Shown: positions 1 through 6,769 of the stretch, piece after piece
Layout of the letters: every line of letters begins with the position of its first letter
Numbering within the stretch: the stretch's first letter is position 1
Source: Candidatus Electrothrix sp. GW3-4
Lineage (GTDB): Bacteria; Desulfobacterota; Desulfobulbia; Desulfobulbales; Desulfobulbaceae
DNA: 32,000 nucleotides
Assembly: GCF_037902255.1 (NCBI RefSeq)
Contig: NZ_CP147990.1
Coordinates: 1,470,001-1,502,000, forward strand
Direction: 5' to 3'
Program-made: the position numbers and the translations under genes
Notes under the pieces: generated by a model
What the model was told of the DNA's origin: nothing
The model's database searches: none
What the model saw: only the letters and a program-made list of their open reading frames with translations

Positions 1-1611
1 GACGAAGAAAAAACGTGCGCTGATAACCTCTATCCTGCCGTGTCAGCACTCCATCTGGAGGAGGCAGAGCAGTATAACCGGGTCCACAGTCTGCTCAGTC
101 GGGCCGAGTTCCCAGACCCGGAGAGCCCGGTACAGCTGCTTTCCGGGGGCTGGCGCAAGCGCTTGGCCATCTGCCGGGCCCTGGTGGTCCATCCTGATGT
201 GCTGGTCATGGATGAGCCCACCAACCATCTGGACATCGAAGGTATTCTCTGGCTGGAAAAGCTGCTCAAGGCCTCATTACCGGAAAGCCCGGCTGCCTAT
301 CTCATGGTCAGCCATGATCGTCGTTTTTTGGAAAACACGGTCAACCGGATCATTGAGCTCTCTGCTGCCTATCCTGAAGGGACCCTCCAGGTTGATGGGG
401 ATTACCCCACCTTTTTGGCGAAACGGGAGCTCATTCTGGAACAGCAGCAGGAACAGGAGGAACGACTGGCCAATAAGGTCAGGCGAGAGAACGAGTGGCT
501 CAGTCGCGGGCCCAAGGCCCGGGCCACCAAGGCTAAGTCGCGCAAGGATGCGGCCTATCGGCTCCAGGATGAACTGAGCGTGGTCAAGCAGCGCAATCGG
601 GTAGGGACTGCGGTGGATATCGCCTTTGACGGCACTGAGCGCAAGACCAGGAAGCTGCTGGTCGCCAGCGGAGTCAGTAAGGCCTTTGAGGGACGTACCC
701 TGTTTAGCGACCTTGATCTGACCTTGTCACCGGGTACTCGGCTCGGCCTCCTCGGTCGGAACGGCTGCGGCAAGTCCACCTTGATGCAGATTTTGGCGGC
801 AGCAGGTTCTGATGATGGTCTGCGGCCGGATAGCGGTACGGTCACCGCTGCAGATAATCTGCGCATTGTTAATTTTGATCAGCGTCGGGAACAGCTGGAT
901 CAGGAGCAGACCCTGCGCCGGGCCCTGGCCCCGGACGGCGATTCCGTGGTCTACCAGGACCGTTCCATCCATGTGGCCTCTTGGGCCCAGCGCTTTCTCT
1001 TTCGCACCGATCAGTTGGAGACCCCGGTGGCTCGCCTTTCCGGTGGGGAACAGGCTCGGATCCTTATCGCCTCGCTGATGCGTCAGCCTGCGGATATCCT
1101 CCTTTTGGACGAGCCCACCAATGATCTGGATATTCCCTCCCTCAATGTCCTGGAGCAGAGTCTTAACGAGTTTGCCGGGGCCCTGGTCCTGGTCACCCAT
1201 GACCGTTTTATGCTGGATCGCATCTGTGATCAGGTCCTTGGCTTTGACGGGCAGGGCAAGGCCACTCTGTTTGCCGATTATGGGCAATGGCTGGCTGCTC
1301 TTAACGTAGGGGGCAACGCGGAAGAGGGGAAAAAGCAGCGTAAGAAGAAGGCGCAGAGCAAACCTGCTGCCAAGAAATCCGCGAAAAAGCTTTCCTACAT
1401 GGATCAGCGTGAGTACGATCAGATGGAGGAAAAGATTTTGGAGGCAGAGAGTCGTCAGGAGGAACTGGAGGCTCAGATACAGGCCCCAGAAACAACGGCA
1501 GATCCGGCCAGGCTGACTGAGTGCTGTGAGGAACTGGAGATTGTCCAGAAAAAAATTGCCGATTTGTATAGTCGTTGGGAAGAATTGGAGGAGATGCGGA
1601 ATGGTGAGTAA
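1..1611 (+). CDS. ABC-F family ATPase (Uup-like), 5' end outside window
   Basis: Frame 1 is open from nt 1, with no stop before the track ORF at 40. Two ABC cassettes are present. The first has signature LSGGWRKRLAI and Walker B VLVMDEPTNHLD. The second has Walker A GRNGCGKST, signature LSGGEQARILIA and Walker B ILLLDEPTNDLD. A Lys-rich linker and a C-terminal coiled coil follow. No TM segments. Confidence 0.9.
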   Translation, partial: DEEKTCADNLYPAVSALHLEEAEQYNRVHSLLSRAEFPDPESPVQLLSGGWRKRLAICRALVVHPDVLVMDEPTNHLDIEGILWLEKLLKASLPESPAAYLMVSHDRRFLENTVNRIIELSAAYPEGTLQVDGDYPTFLAKRELILEQQQEQEERLANKVRRENEWLSRGPKARATKAKSRKDAAYRLQDELSVVKQRNRVGTAVDIAFDGTERKTRKLLVASGVSKAFEGRTLFSDLDLTLSPGTRLGLLGRNGCGKSTLMQILAAAGSDDGLRPDSGTVTAADNLRIVNFDQRREQLDQEQTLRRALAPDGDSVVYQDRSIHVASWAQRFLFRTDQLETPVARLSGGEQARILIASLMRQPADILLLDEPTNDLDIPSLNVLEQSLNEFAGALVLVTHDRFMLDRICDQVLGFDGQGKATLFADYGQWLAALNVGGNAEEGKKQRKKKAQSKPAAKKSAKKLSYMDQREYDQMEEKILEAESRQEELEAQIQAPETTADPARLTECCEELEIVQKKIADLYSRWEELEEMRNGE

Positions 1612-1792
1612 GATGAGTGAACAGACAGAGCAGCATCCTCCGCAGCAACCTCCCTGTCCCACTTGCGGCGGCACCGGGCAGCTCAACTTTTTTAAAGGGG
1701 AAAGTCGCTTCCTCCTCTCGGCAGAGGAATGCCCGTCCTGTTGCGGGTTCGGATATGTGCAGGAGGATGAGGACCGGCTGGCAAAGGATTGA
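1601..1792 (+). CDS. small DnaJ-type zinc-finger protein
   Basis: Lies inside track ORF 1526..1792. ATG 1601 has GGAGGAG at 1587-1593 and overlaps the ABC-F stop (1609-1611). ATG 1613 is the alternative start. Two CxxCxGxG motifs (CPTCGGTG, CPSCCGFG) make one DnaJ-like zinc centre. Confidence 0.6.
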   Translation: MVSKMSEQTEQHPPQQPPCPTCGGTGQLNFFKGESRFLLSAEECPSCCGFGYVQEDEDRLAKD

Positions 1793-1794
1793 AT

Positions 1795-2445
1795 ATGGAA
1801 ACCATTATCACTTACGGCATTGTCTATCTGCTGGTCTTCCGGCTGGCCGTGCTTCTGCTGGGCGGGCTGTGCATCTTCTGGGGCTACCGCCTGTTCCTCG
1901 CGCCTCTGGGGCAGGAAGGCAGCGGAACCGGCAGCCCTGATCAGGGCGGTGAGTTGCAGATCAAGAGAGGCAGCAGCAGTGTCCTGCTTAAAAGTACTGC
2001 ACCGGGCATCTTCTTTGCCGCCTTTGGGGCGATCATTGTGATTGCGGTGCTGGCCGGACAGCAGCCCAATGTGGGCTATGACGAACAGCAGCACAATCCG
2101 CAGGCGAACAGTCAAAGCAAGGGGACTACACAGGCCGTTACAACGACGAGGAGTGCCGCTGTCCGTAGCGTTGCGCCGCGCAGTGCTGCATCTTCGGATG
2201 CAGGCACGGCAGACTATAATCGTATCTCTAAGAGCGTTGAAATCGCCATTGAGGATTTGACAAGTACAGTCAGCATGGCCCCGGATAACCCGGATTACCG
2301 TGACCTGCTGGCCCGGCTTCTTTTTGCCTGGGGCAAGGCGAAAGAGGCCGCAGCAGAGCAGCAACGGGCTGTGGAACTGGTTGAGAAAGCACGGCGGGAG
2401 GAGTTTCAGGCCCGGCTGGAACTGTATCAGCAGGTGGCGCGGTAG
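1795..2445 (+). CDS. membrane protein, two TM helices plus helical C-terminal domain, unknown function
   Basis: ATG 1795 lies 2 nt after the upstream stop; the track start is TTG 1789. Hydrophobic segments are IVYLLVFRLAVLLLGGLCIFWGY and GIFFAAFGAIIVIAVLAG. A Ser/Ala/Thr-rich linker leads to a helical, TPR-like tail. No family recognised. Confidence 0.6.
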   Translation: METIITYGIVYLLVFRLAVLLLGGLCIFWGYRLFLAPLGQEGSGTGSPDQGGELQIKRGSSSVLLKSTAPGIFFAAFGAIIVIAVLAGQQPNVGYDEQQHNPQANSQSKGTTQAVTTTRSAAVRSVAPRSAASSDAGTADYNRISKSVEIAIEDLTSTVSMAPDNPDYRDLLARLLFAWGKAKEAAAEQQRAVELVEKARREEFQARLELYQQVAR

Positions 2446-2447
2446 GG

Positions 2448-2475
2448 GTAGGGACACGGCATGCCGTGTCCCTAC
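2448..2475. repeat. 28-bp perfect palindrome GTAGGGACACGGCATGCCGTGTCCCTAC (copy 1), REP-like or terminator-like hairpin
   Basis: The sequence equals its own reverse complement (checked base by base). It starts 3 nt after the stop at 2443-2445. An identical copy lies at 2716-2743. Confidence 0.9.
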
Positions 2476-2494
2476 TGTGCCTGCCCAACGATGT

Positions 2495-2522
2495 GCAGGG
2501 GCACCGCGCGCCGTGTTCTTGC
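2495..2522. repeat. degenerate copy of the 28-bp palindrome
   Basis: GCAGGGGCACCGCGCGCCGTGTTCTTGC aligns position by position with the 28-mer. The left arm GCAGGGGCAC is intact and the right arm is decayed. Confidence 0.5.
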
Positions 2523-2525
2523 TCT

Positions 2526-2656
2526 TTCCACTCTAGTGGAACCAGTCATTGCACTACAGTGCAACCGAGATTTCCACTATAGTGGAACCGACCATTGCAC
2601 CCTAGTGGAAGCAGCCGTTCCACTCTGGTGCAACTGGTCATTGTACTCTCGTGCGT
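2526..2656. repeat. array of six 23-bp-phased mini-hairpins (6-bp stem, 4-nt loop, 7-nt linker)
   Basis: Left arms start at 2526, 2549, 2572, 2595, 2618 and 2641, exactly 23 bp apart. The units are TTCCAC-TCTA-GTGGAA, TTGCAC-TACA-GTGCAA, TTCCAC-TATA-GTGGAA, TTGCAC-CCTA-GTGGAA, TTCCAC-TCTG-GTGCAA and TTGTAC-TCTC-GTGCGT. The alternating arm types give a 46-bp higher-order repeat, three copies. Confidence 0.85.
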
Positions 2657-2715
2657 GTTCCCGTATACACAAAGGGTCGTCCCCTACATGATCACGACAG
2701 ATAAAGACAAAATGT

Positions 2716-2743
2716 GTAGGGACACGGCATGCCGTGTCCCTAC
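2716..2743. repeat. 28-bp perfect palindrome (copy 2)
   Basis: Identical to 2448-2475. It ends 6 nt before the stop (2750-2752) of the convergent minus-strand caspase ORF. Confidence 0.9.
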
Positions 2744-2749
2744 GGCAGA

Positions 2750-4435
2750 TCACGGTAGAGCCACCACCGGAAAGTCGGGCACGTTCCTGGGGATGACCAC
2801 TGCCGGGGTCTGTTTGCTATTGGTCATGGTCTTGACCCGTTCAGCGATATAGAGCTTGATCTCGGAAACTTTAACAGCCCTGTCCTTTATATAATCCGCA
2901 TTGCCGCGCAACGCCTCAAGCAGGGCCAGGGTAAAGGCCCCGTGCCCCCATTCGGGCTTTTCCAGAGCCGTCTGCTGGCCTGTTGTGGCAGACAGCACGA
3001 TCACCCCATTCTCTGCCGCGCTCAGGTCGTTGATGATCCTGGTGATGTCCACCTTGTCGTTGCCGCGCCGCCCGGCGGCCCGCCCGGAATAGCAGGTATC
3101 AACAAAGAACAGGGCCTTGCCCTGGATACGGGATACCGTGCTGTTGATGGCATCGTAGGACACGCCGCTGCTCATGTACCGCCCCGGCTCAAAGTCCCTG
3201 GGCAGGAAGTAGTAATCCCCGCGCCGGTCCAGCTTACCGTGCCCGGCAAAGAAGACCATTGCCACGTCCTTGTTCGTGGTTTCCCGCTCGATCCAGTCCA
3301 GCCCGTCCAGGACAGCACTCCGGTCCGCCTGTTCATTGATCAGCACCTTCTCCTTTACCTCCCGGTAGAGCCTGTGCCTGCCCGGCCCGACATGCTTCCG
3401 CATCTCCTGAACAAAGTCCCGCGCATCAGCACCCGCATAGTTGAGATACTTTCTGTCCGTCCTCTTGCCTTGGTCATCCACCGCAAAGTTGATTGCTGGC
3501 GCGTCATAGGTGTCCACACCCACGGCCAGCACGTACAGTACCGGTTTAAAGGGATCTATGTTGCCTTGCCAGTGCAGATTAATGTCAGCAGGTGGCGACG
3601 TGTCACCCAGCGCATTCTCGGCCAGCAGGCTGAGGGTCATGTCCTTGGCAGGCAGGGTCACGTCCAGACTGCCTTCCCATTCCGTATCCCTGCGCCGCTC
3701 CACTGTGGCCCGCTGCCGATACCTTCCATCCACCTGAACCAGCAGGTGTGTGATGGGTGGGCCGTCCTGGGTGCGCACCCGGTAACGCAGGGTCAGGGTG
3801 GGACTGCTGAAGCTGCTCCCGTTTGCCGGAGCGAGCAGGTCAACAGCAGGGGGCAGGGACAGCACCACCGGGCCGGACCGCTTCCTTCCTGCCGCCGCAT
3901 CAGCACGGGCCACGGCCTTGTCTTGGTCCAGGGTCTCCAGCACCTTGGCGACCACGTCTGGGCGGTAAAAGCGTTCGCGGAACTGAGAAGCTGGGAAGAA
4001 GTCGGCCAGTCGGTCTTTGCCGTTGTTGACCTGCCAACCGATCAGGCTGTCCCCGCCAGGGCTGCTGTCGTACCAACCCTTCGGAGTCCAGGCCACCCAA
4101 TGCTCTGCCTCCTTGGTCTTCTGGTTGACAGAGACAAACAGGGCAAGCAGCGGCTCACCGTCGCTGAGGCGGTACCAGCGCACCGTGCCGTCTGCAAAGG
4201 CGGCCACTGCCAGCTTCCCATCCTTGCTGATATTCACGCCCCAGGCAGTGCCCGGCACCGGCTGCTGCCAGACTTCCCGGCCCTGGCGGTCAAAGTAGCG
4301 CAGCCTGTAGTCCGCACCCAGAAGGAAGTGCTGCTTGTCCGGGGCAATGGCCAAGCTGCGGGAACGTTCGTACTGTTCCAAGGCCAGCGGTTTGCCGTTG
4401 AGGGTGGGATTATATTCTGTTGATCCAGTCCGCAA
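2750..4435 (-). CDS. caspase-like peptidase C14 domain protein with N-terminal WD40 blades (C-terminal fragment of split gene)
   Basis: Catalytic His sits in VAMVFFAGHGKLD (codon 3239-3241). Catalytic Cys sits in ALFFVDTCYSGRAAG (codon 3092-3094). The N-terminal part has propeller-like strands (GKLAVAAFADGTVRWYRL). The track start is TTG 4435, directly after an in-frame TGA at 4439-4441. Confidence 0.85.
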   Translation of the reverse strand: MRTGSTEYNPTLNGKPLALEQYERSRSLAIAPDKQHFLLGADYRLRYFDRQGREVWQQPVPGTAWGVNISKDGKLAVAAFADGTVRWYRLSDGEPLLALFVSVNQKTKEAEHWVAWTPKGWYDSSPGGDSLIGWQVNNGKDRLADFFPASQFRERFYRPDVVAKVLETLDQDKAVARADAAAGRKRSGPVVLSLPPAVDLLAPANGSSFSSPTLTLRYRVRTQDGPPITHLLVQVDGRYRQRATVERRRDTEWEGSLDVTLPAKDMTLSLLAENALGDTSPPADINLHWQGNIDPFKPVLYVLAVGVDTYDAPAINFAVDDQGKRTDRKYLNYAGADARDFVQEMRKHVGPGRHRLYREVKEKVLINEQADRSAVLDGLDWIERETTNKDVAMVFFAGHGKLDRRGDYYFLPRDFEPGRYMSSGVSYDAINSTVSRIQGKALFFVDTCYSGRAAGRRGNDKVDITRIINDLSAAENGVIVLSATTGQQTALEKPEWGHGAFTLALLEALRGNADYIKDRAVKVSEIKLYIAERVKTMTNSKQTPAVVIPRNVPDFPVVALP

Positions 4436-4694
4436 CCTTCAGACCCTCCGCCGCAGTGATCGGGGCAGTCAGGCTGCCTTCACAGTGTCCCTTGCGGACC
4501 TGCCGCTGATGCAGGTCAAAGCAGACCGGTTCCTCACTGCCATAGTCCAGGCCGAAGGCGACCTGCCTGCCGTCCGCACTGACCTGGAAGCTGTCACCTC
4601 GCTTACCCCGCATATCCGGGAGCTTGGGCCGCAGATCAAAGAGCTTGCTGCCCTGCCTGTCGTAGCGGAGCAGGGCCGGATCAGCAGTGCCCAC
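4410..4694 (-). CDS. WD40-like blade segment (middle fragment of split gene)
   Basis: Contains FQVSADGRQVAFGLDYG and ALLRYDRQGSKLFDL, which are propeller-like. The track start is GTG 4694, but this frame is open upstream to a TAA at 4800-4802, overlapping the end of ORF 4709..5728. Confidence 0.5.
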   Translation of the reverse strand: MGTADPALLRYDRQGSKLFDLRPKLPDMRGKRGDSFQVSADGRQVAFGLDYGSEEPVCFDLHQRQVRKGHCEGSLTAPITAAEGLKVADWINRI

Positions 4695-4708
4695 CAGCAG
4701 GCTGCCGT

Positions 4709-5728
4709 TTAGCAGGGGGCGAAATCCATCACGGATGTATCTGCCGCCTGCCAGCTTATCCGCTGGCCTCGCCCCTTGTTCGCCCAGCGCAGGACAGGAT
4801 TATTGCCGCTGCCGTCATCATACAGTCCCCCGGCAAAGAGGAAGCTGCCGTCCGCAGACCAAGTGACAATGGAAATATTGCCGTTATCGATGCCCTCTGT
4901 GTCTACGGCATAGAGCTGAGTGAGCTGCCGGGCATCCAGCACCGAGACTGCGGTGCTATCCTGAAAGCCGACTGCTAATCGGTCACCTGCGGGATGAAAG
5001 GCGACCGCAAAGGGTTCCTTGCCGCCTTGGGTGGCTGCCTGCTGCTCCTTGCGAAAGGAGGCTGTGTTCATCCGACCCTCCACGCTATAGCGGCGGATCT
5101 GGCCGTCATCGCAGGTAGTAACCAGACTGCGGCTGTCCGGGCTGAAGGCGCAACCGTAGCTATCCTTGCCGTCGTAGTTGCGGTCGCTGAGTACCTGCCT
5201 GAAGCCCTGCTTCACAGCATAGACCCGCAGCCCCTTGCCACCTCCCAGCACCGCTGCCAGCCATTGCCCATCCCGGGACACGCAGAGATGGTTGATGACA
5301 TTGCCCAGCCCCTCAATGCGTTGGCGCATCTGGCCTGTGGCCCGGTCAAGAATGTAGATAGCTGTCGTGCTTCCGCCCCAGACATCCGTCCACCCGCCGG
5401 TTGCCAGCCACTCGCCTGCCGGGTCCATAGCCACAGCATTGAGCTTGCCTTCATTACCCGGCCCGCTGGGCAGGCGAAAGGTGCGGAGCAGGTTGGGCTT
5501 CTCGGTATCCCGGATATCCTTGCCAAGATCCCACAAGCGCAGGGTCTTGTCCTCCGAAGCTGTAGCGAGCCAACGACCTTGCGCATCCGTGGCAATCCGC
5601 CTGATCGTGGCAGTGTGGAAACCGGTTTCCAGGCGTAGCATGGGCGCAGTGGGTGGTTCAGCGGCTTGGGTTGTAGCGGCAAGCAGGATAAGGAGGACGA
5701 TGAGTAGGTTGAAGAGCAGGTGTTTCAT
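4709..5728 (-). CDS. secreted WD40 repeat protein (N-terminal fragment of split gene)
   Basis: Signal peptide MKHLLFNLLIVLLILLAATTQA/AEP. Repeated blades include ATASEDKTLRLWDL, LATGGWTD, VSRDGQWLAAV, FSPDSRSLVTTCDDGQIRRY and WSADGSFLFAGG. Confidence 0.8.
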   Translation of the reverse strand: MKHLLFNLLIVLLILLAATTQAAEPPTAPMLRLETGFHTATIRRIATDAQGRWLATASEDKTLRLWDLGKDIRDTEKPNLLRTFRLPSGPGNEGKLNAVAMDPAGEWLATGGWTDVWGGSTTAIYILDRATGQMRQRIEGLGNVINHLCVSRDGQWLAAVLGGGKGLRVYAVKQGFRQVLSDRNYDGKDSYGCAFSPDSRSLVTTCDDGQIRRYSVEGRMNTASFRKEQQAATQGGKEPFAVAFHPAGDRLAVGFQDSTAVSVLDARQLTQLYAVDTEGIDNGNISIVTWSADGSFLFAGGLYDDGSGNNPVLRWANKGRGQRISWQAADTSVMDFAPC

Positions 5729-5958
5729 GGTATGGGTCTCCGTTATGCGGAATAGGGAATGCAGCAGGATACCCGTAAGCTGGTGATGTTGTCAAGGAGT
5801 GCACAGGGTGTCAGCAAGAGGGGAAGGGCGTTCATGAGAGGTCCATGTTGTTCAATGCCCCCTCTGTTTCGCAGGGATATTCCCTTGGGGATCGTCATGC
5901 GTCACAGGGGGATTATCCTGCTCCCCTTGGGAAGAACGTTTTTGAGGAGGGGGAGGGT

Positions 5959-6045
5959 GATACAGGCCCCGGAAACAGCAGCGGCCCCGGCCAGGCTGGC
6001 TGCATGTTGCGAGGAGCTGGAGGTTATCCGGTAAAGAAAACCGAT
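5959..6045 (+). pseudogene. remnant of an ABC-F gene 3' end
   Basis: Nucleotide similarity to 1476-1566. By hand alignment I count 12 mismatches in the first 64 positions. It translates as IQAPETAAAPARLAACCEELEVIR, against IQAPETTADPARLTECCEELEIVQ in the intact gene. No ABC domains lie upstream of it. Confidence 0.6.
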
Positions 6046-6061
6046 AAATCGGGCCGCAAGG

Positions 6062-6090
6062 GTTGACAGCTATTCGGAAATACAATAAGA
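6062..6090 (+). promoter_or_regulatory. sigma70-type promoter candidate for the FKBP gene
   Basis: TTGACA at 6062-6067, a 17-nt spacer, then TAAGAT at 6085-6090. It lies about 90 nt upstream of ATG 6178. Confidence 0.4.
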
Positions 6091-6177
6091 TCAAGCGTAT
6101 CTTTTATGGAAAGGACTGCCTGTGCGGTCCTGATTATTATTCATTCCGTCAATCCTGGAAAAGGATAAGGAGCATGT

Positions 6178-6606
6178 ATGACTGCAGCAAAACAAGGAGA
6201 CAGCGTCAAGGTCCATTATACTGGCACCCTTGAGGATGGAACTCAATTTGATTCCTCTGTGGGGGTTGAACCGCTGGAGTTCACCTTGGGCAGCGGTCAG
6301 GTGATTGCCGGCTTTGATGAGGCAGTCACGGGGATGGAACCCGGTGAGAAGAAGAATGTAAGTATTCCTGCGGAGAAGGCCTACGGTCAGCGTAACGAGG
6401 AAATGGTGATCAGCGCCCCCCGTGATCAGGTACCTGCGGATATCACCCCGGAGATCGGTCAGCAGTTGCAGCTTGCCGGACCCAATAATCAGCCCATTGT
6501 GGTGAAGGTCACCGAGGTGACGGATGAACATATTCAGCTGGATGCCAATCCGCCCCTGGCAGGCAAGGATCTCACCTTTGAGCTGGAGCTGGTTGAGATC
6601 GCTTAA
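6178..6606 (+). CDS. FKBP-type peptidyl-prolyl cis-trans isomerase (SlyD/FkpB-like)
   Basis: VKVHYTGTLEDGTQFDSS and FTLGSGQVIAGFDEAVTGM are FKBP hallmarks. An insert-in-flap-like segment and a C-terminal LAGKDLTFELELVEI are present. RBS AAGGAG lies upstream. Confidence 0.9.
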   Translation: MTAAKQGDSVKVHYTGTLEDGTQFDSSVGVEPLEFTLGSGQVIAGFDEAVTGMEPGEKKNVSIPAEKAYGQRNEEMVISAPRDQVPADITPEIGQQLQLAGPNNQPIVVKVTEVTDEHIQLDANPPLAGKDLTFELELVEIA

Positions 6607-6769
6607 GCAGGTCTTCCAGTCCAGTTATGCAAGGGCGACGCTGTGATGGTGTCGCCCCTCTGTCCTCCCGCCTTTCCCTCTTTAAACGCCATCCTTTCTG
6701 CAAGGCTGCAAAATCAGACAAATGCCACTCAATAGGATGATTCCCTAATTGCGCTCTGTGTCGTTATCC

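Larger units (their letters stand above)
2750..5728 (-). pseudogene. signal peptide / WD40 beta-propeller / caspase (peptidase C14) gene interrupted by two 1-nt frameshifts
   Basis: Three adjacent ORFs (4709..5728, 4410..4694, 2750..4435) read as one continuous protein. The first and third share a frame and the middle one is offset by 1 nt. Details are in the findings. Confidence 0.55.

Noticed and set aside
727-2457. Long minus-strand ORF (576 aa) on the track. Similar long antisense ORFs occur at 2942..4423 (+), 13557..14156 (-), 14582..15280 (-), 17901..19301 (-), 23954..24832 (+), 8895..9659 (-) and 28188..28769 (-).
   Set aside because: Each lies opposite a gene with clear domain motifs. 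Their translations are Arg/Pro/Gly/Leu-rich with no motifs, which is typical of shadow ORFs in GC-rich coding DNA.
2526-2656. Could the regularly spaced repeats (here and at 26561-26721) be CRISPR arrays?
   Set aside because: The 23-bp units are contiguous, with no unique spacers between them. The units are too short, they degenerate along the array, and no cas genes are present in the window.
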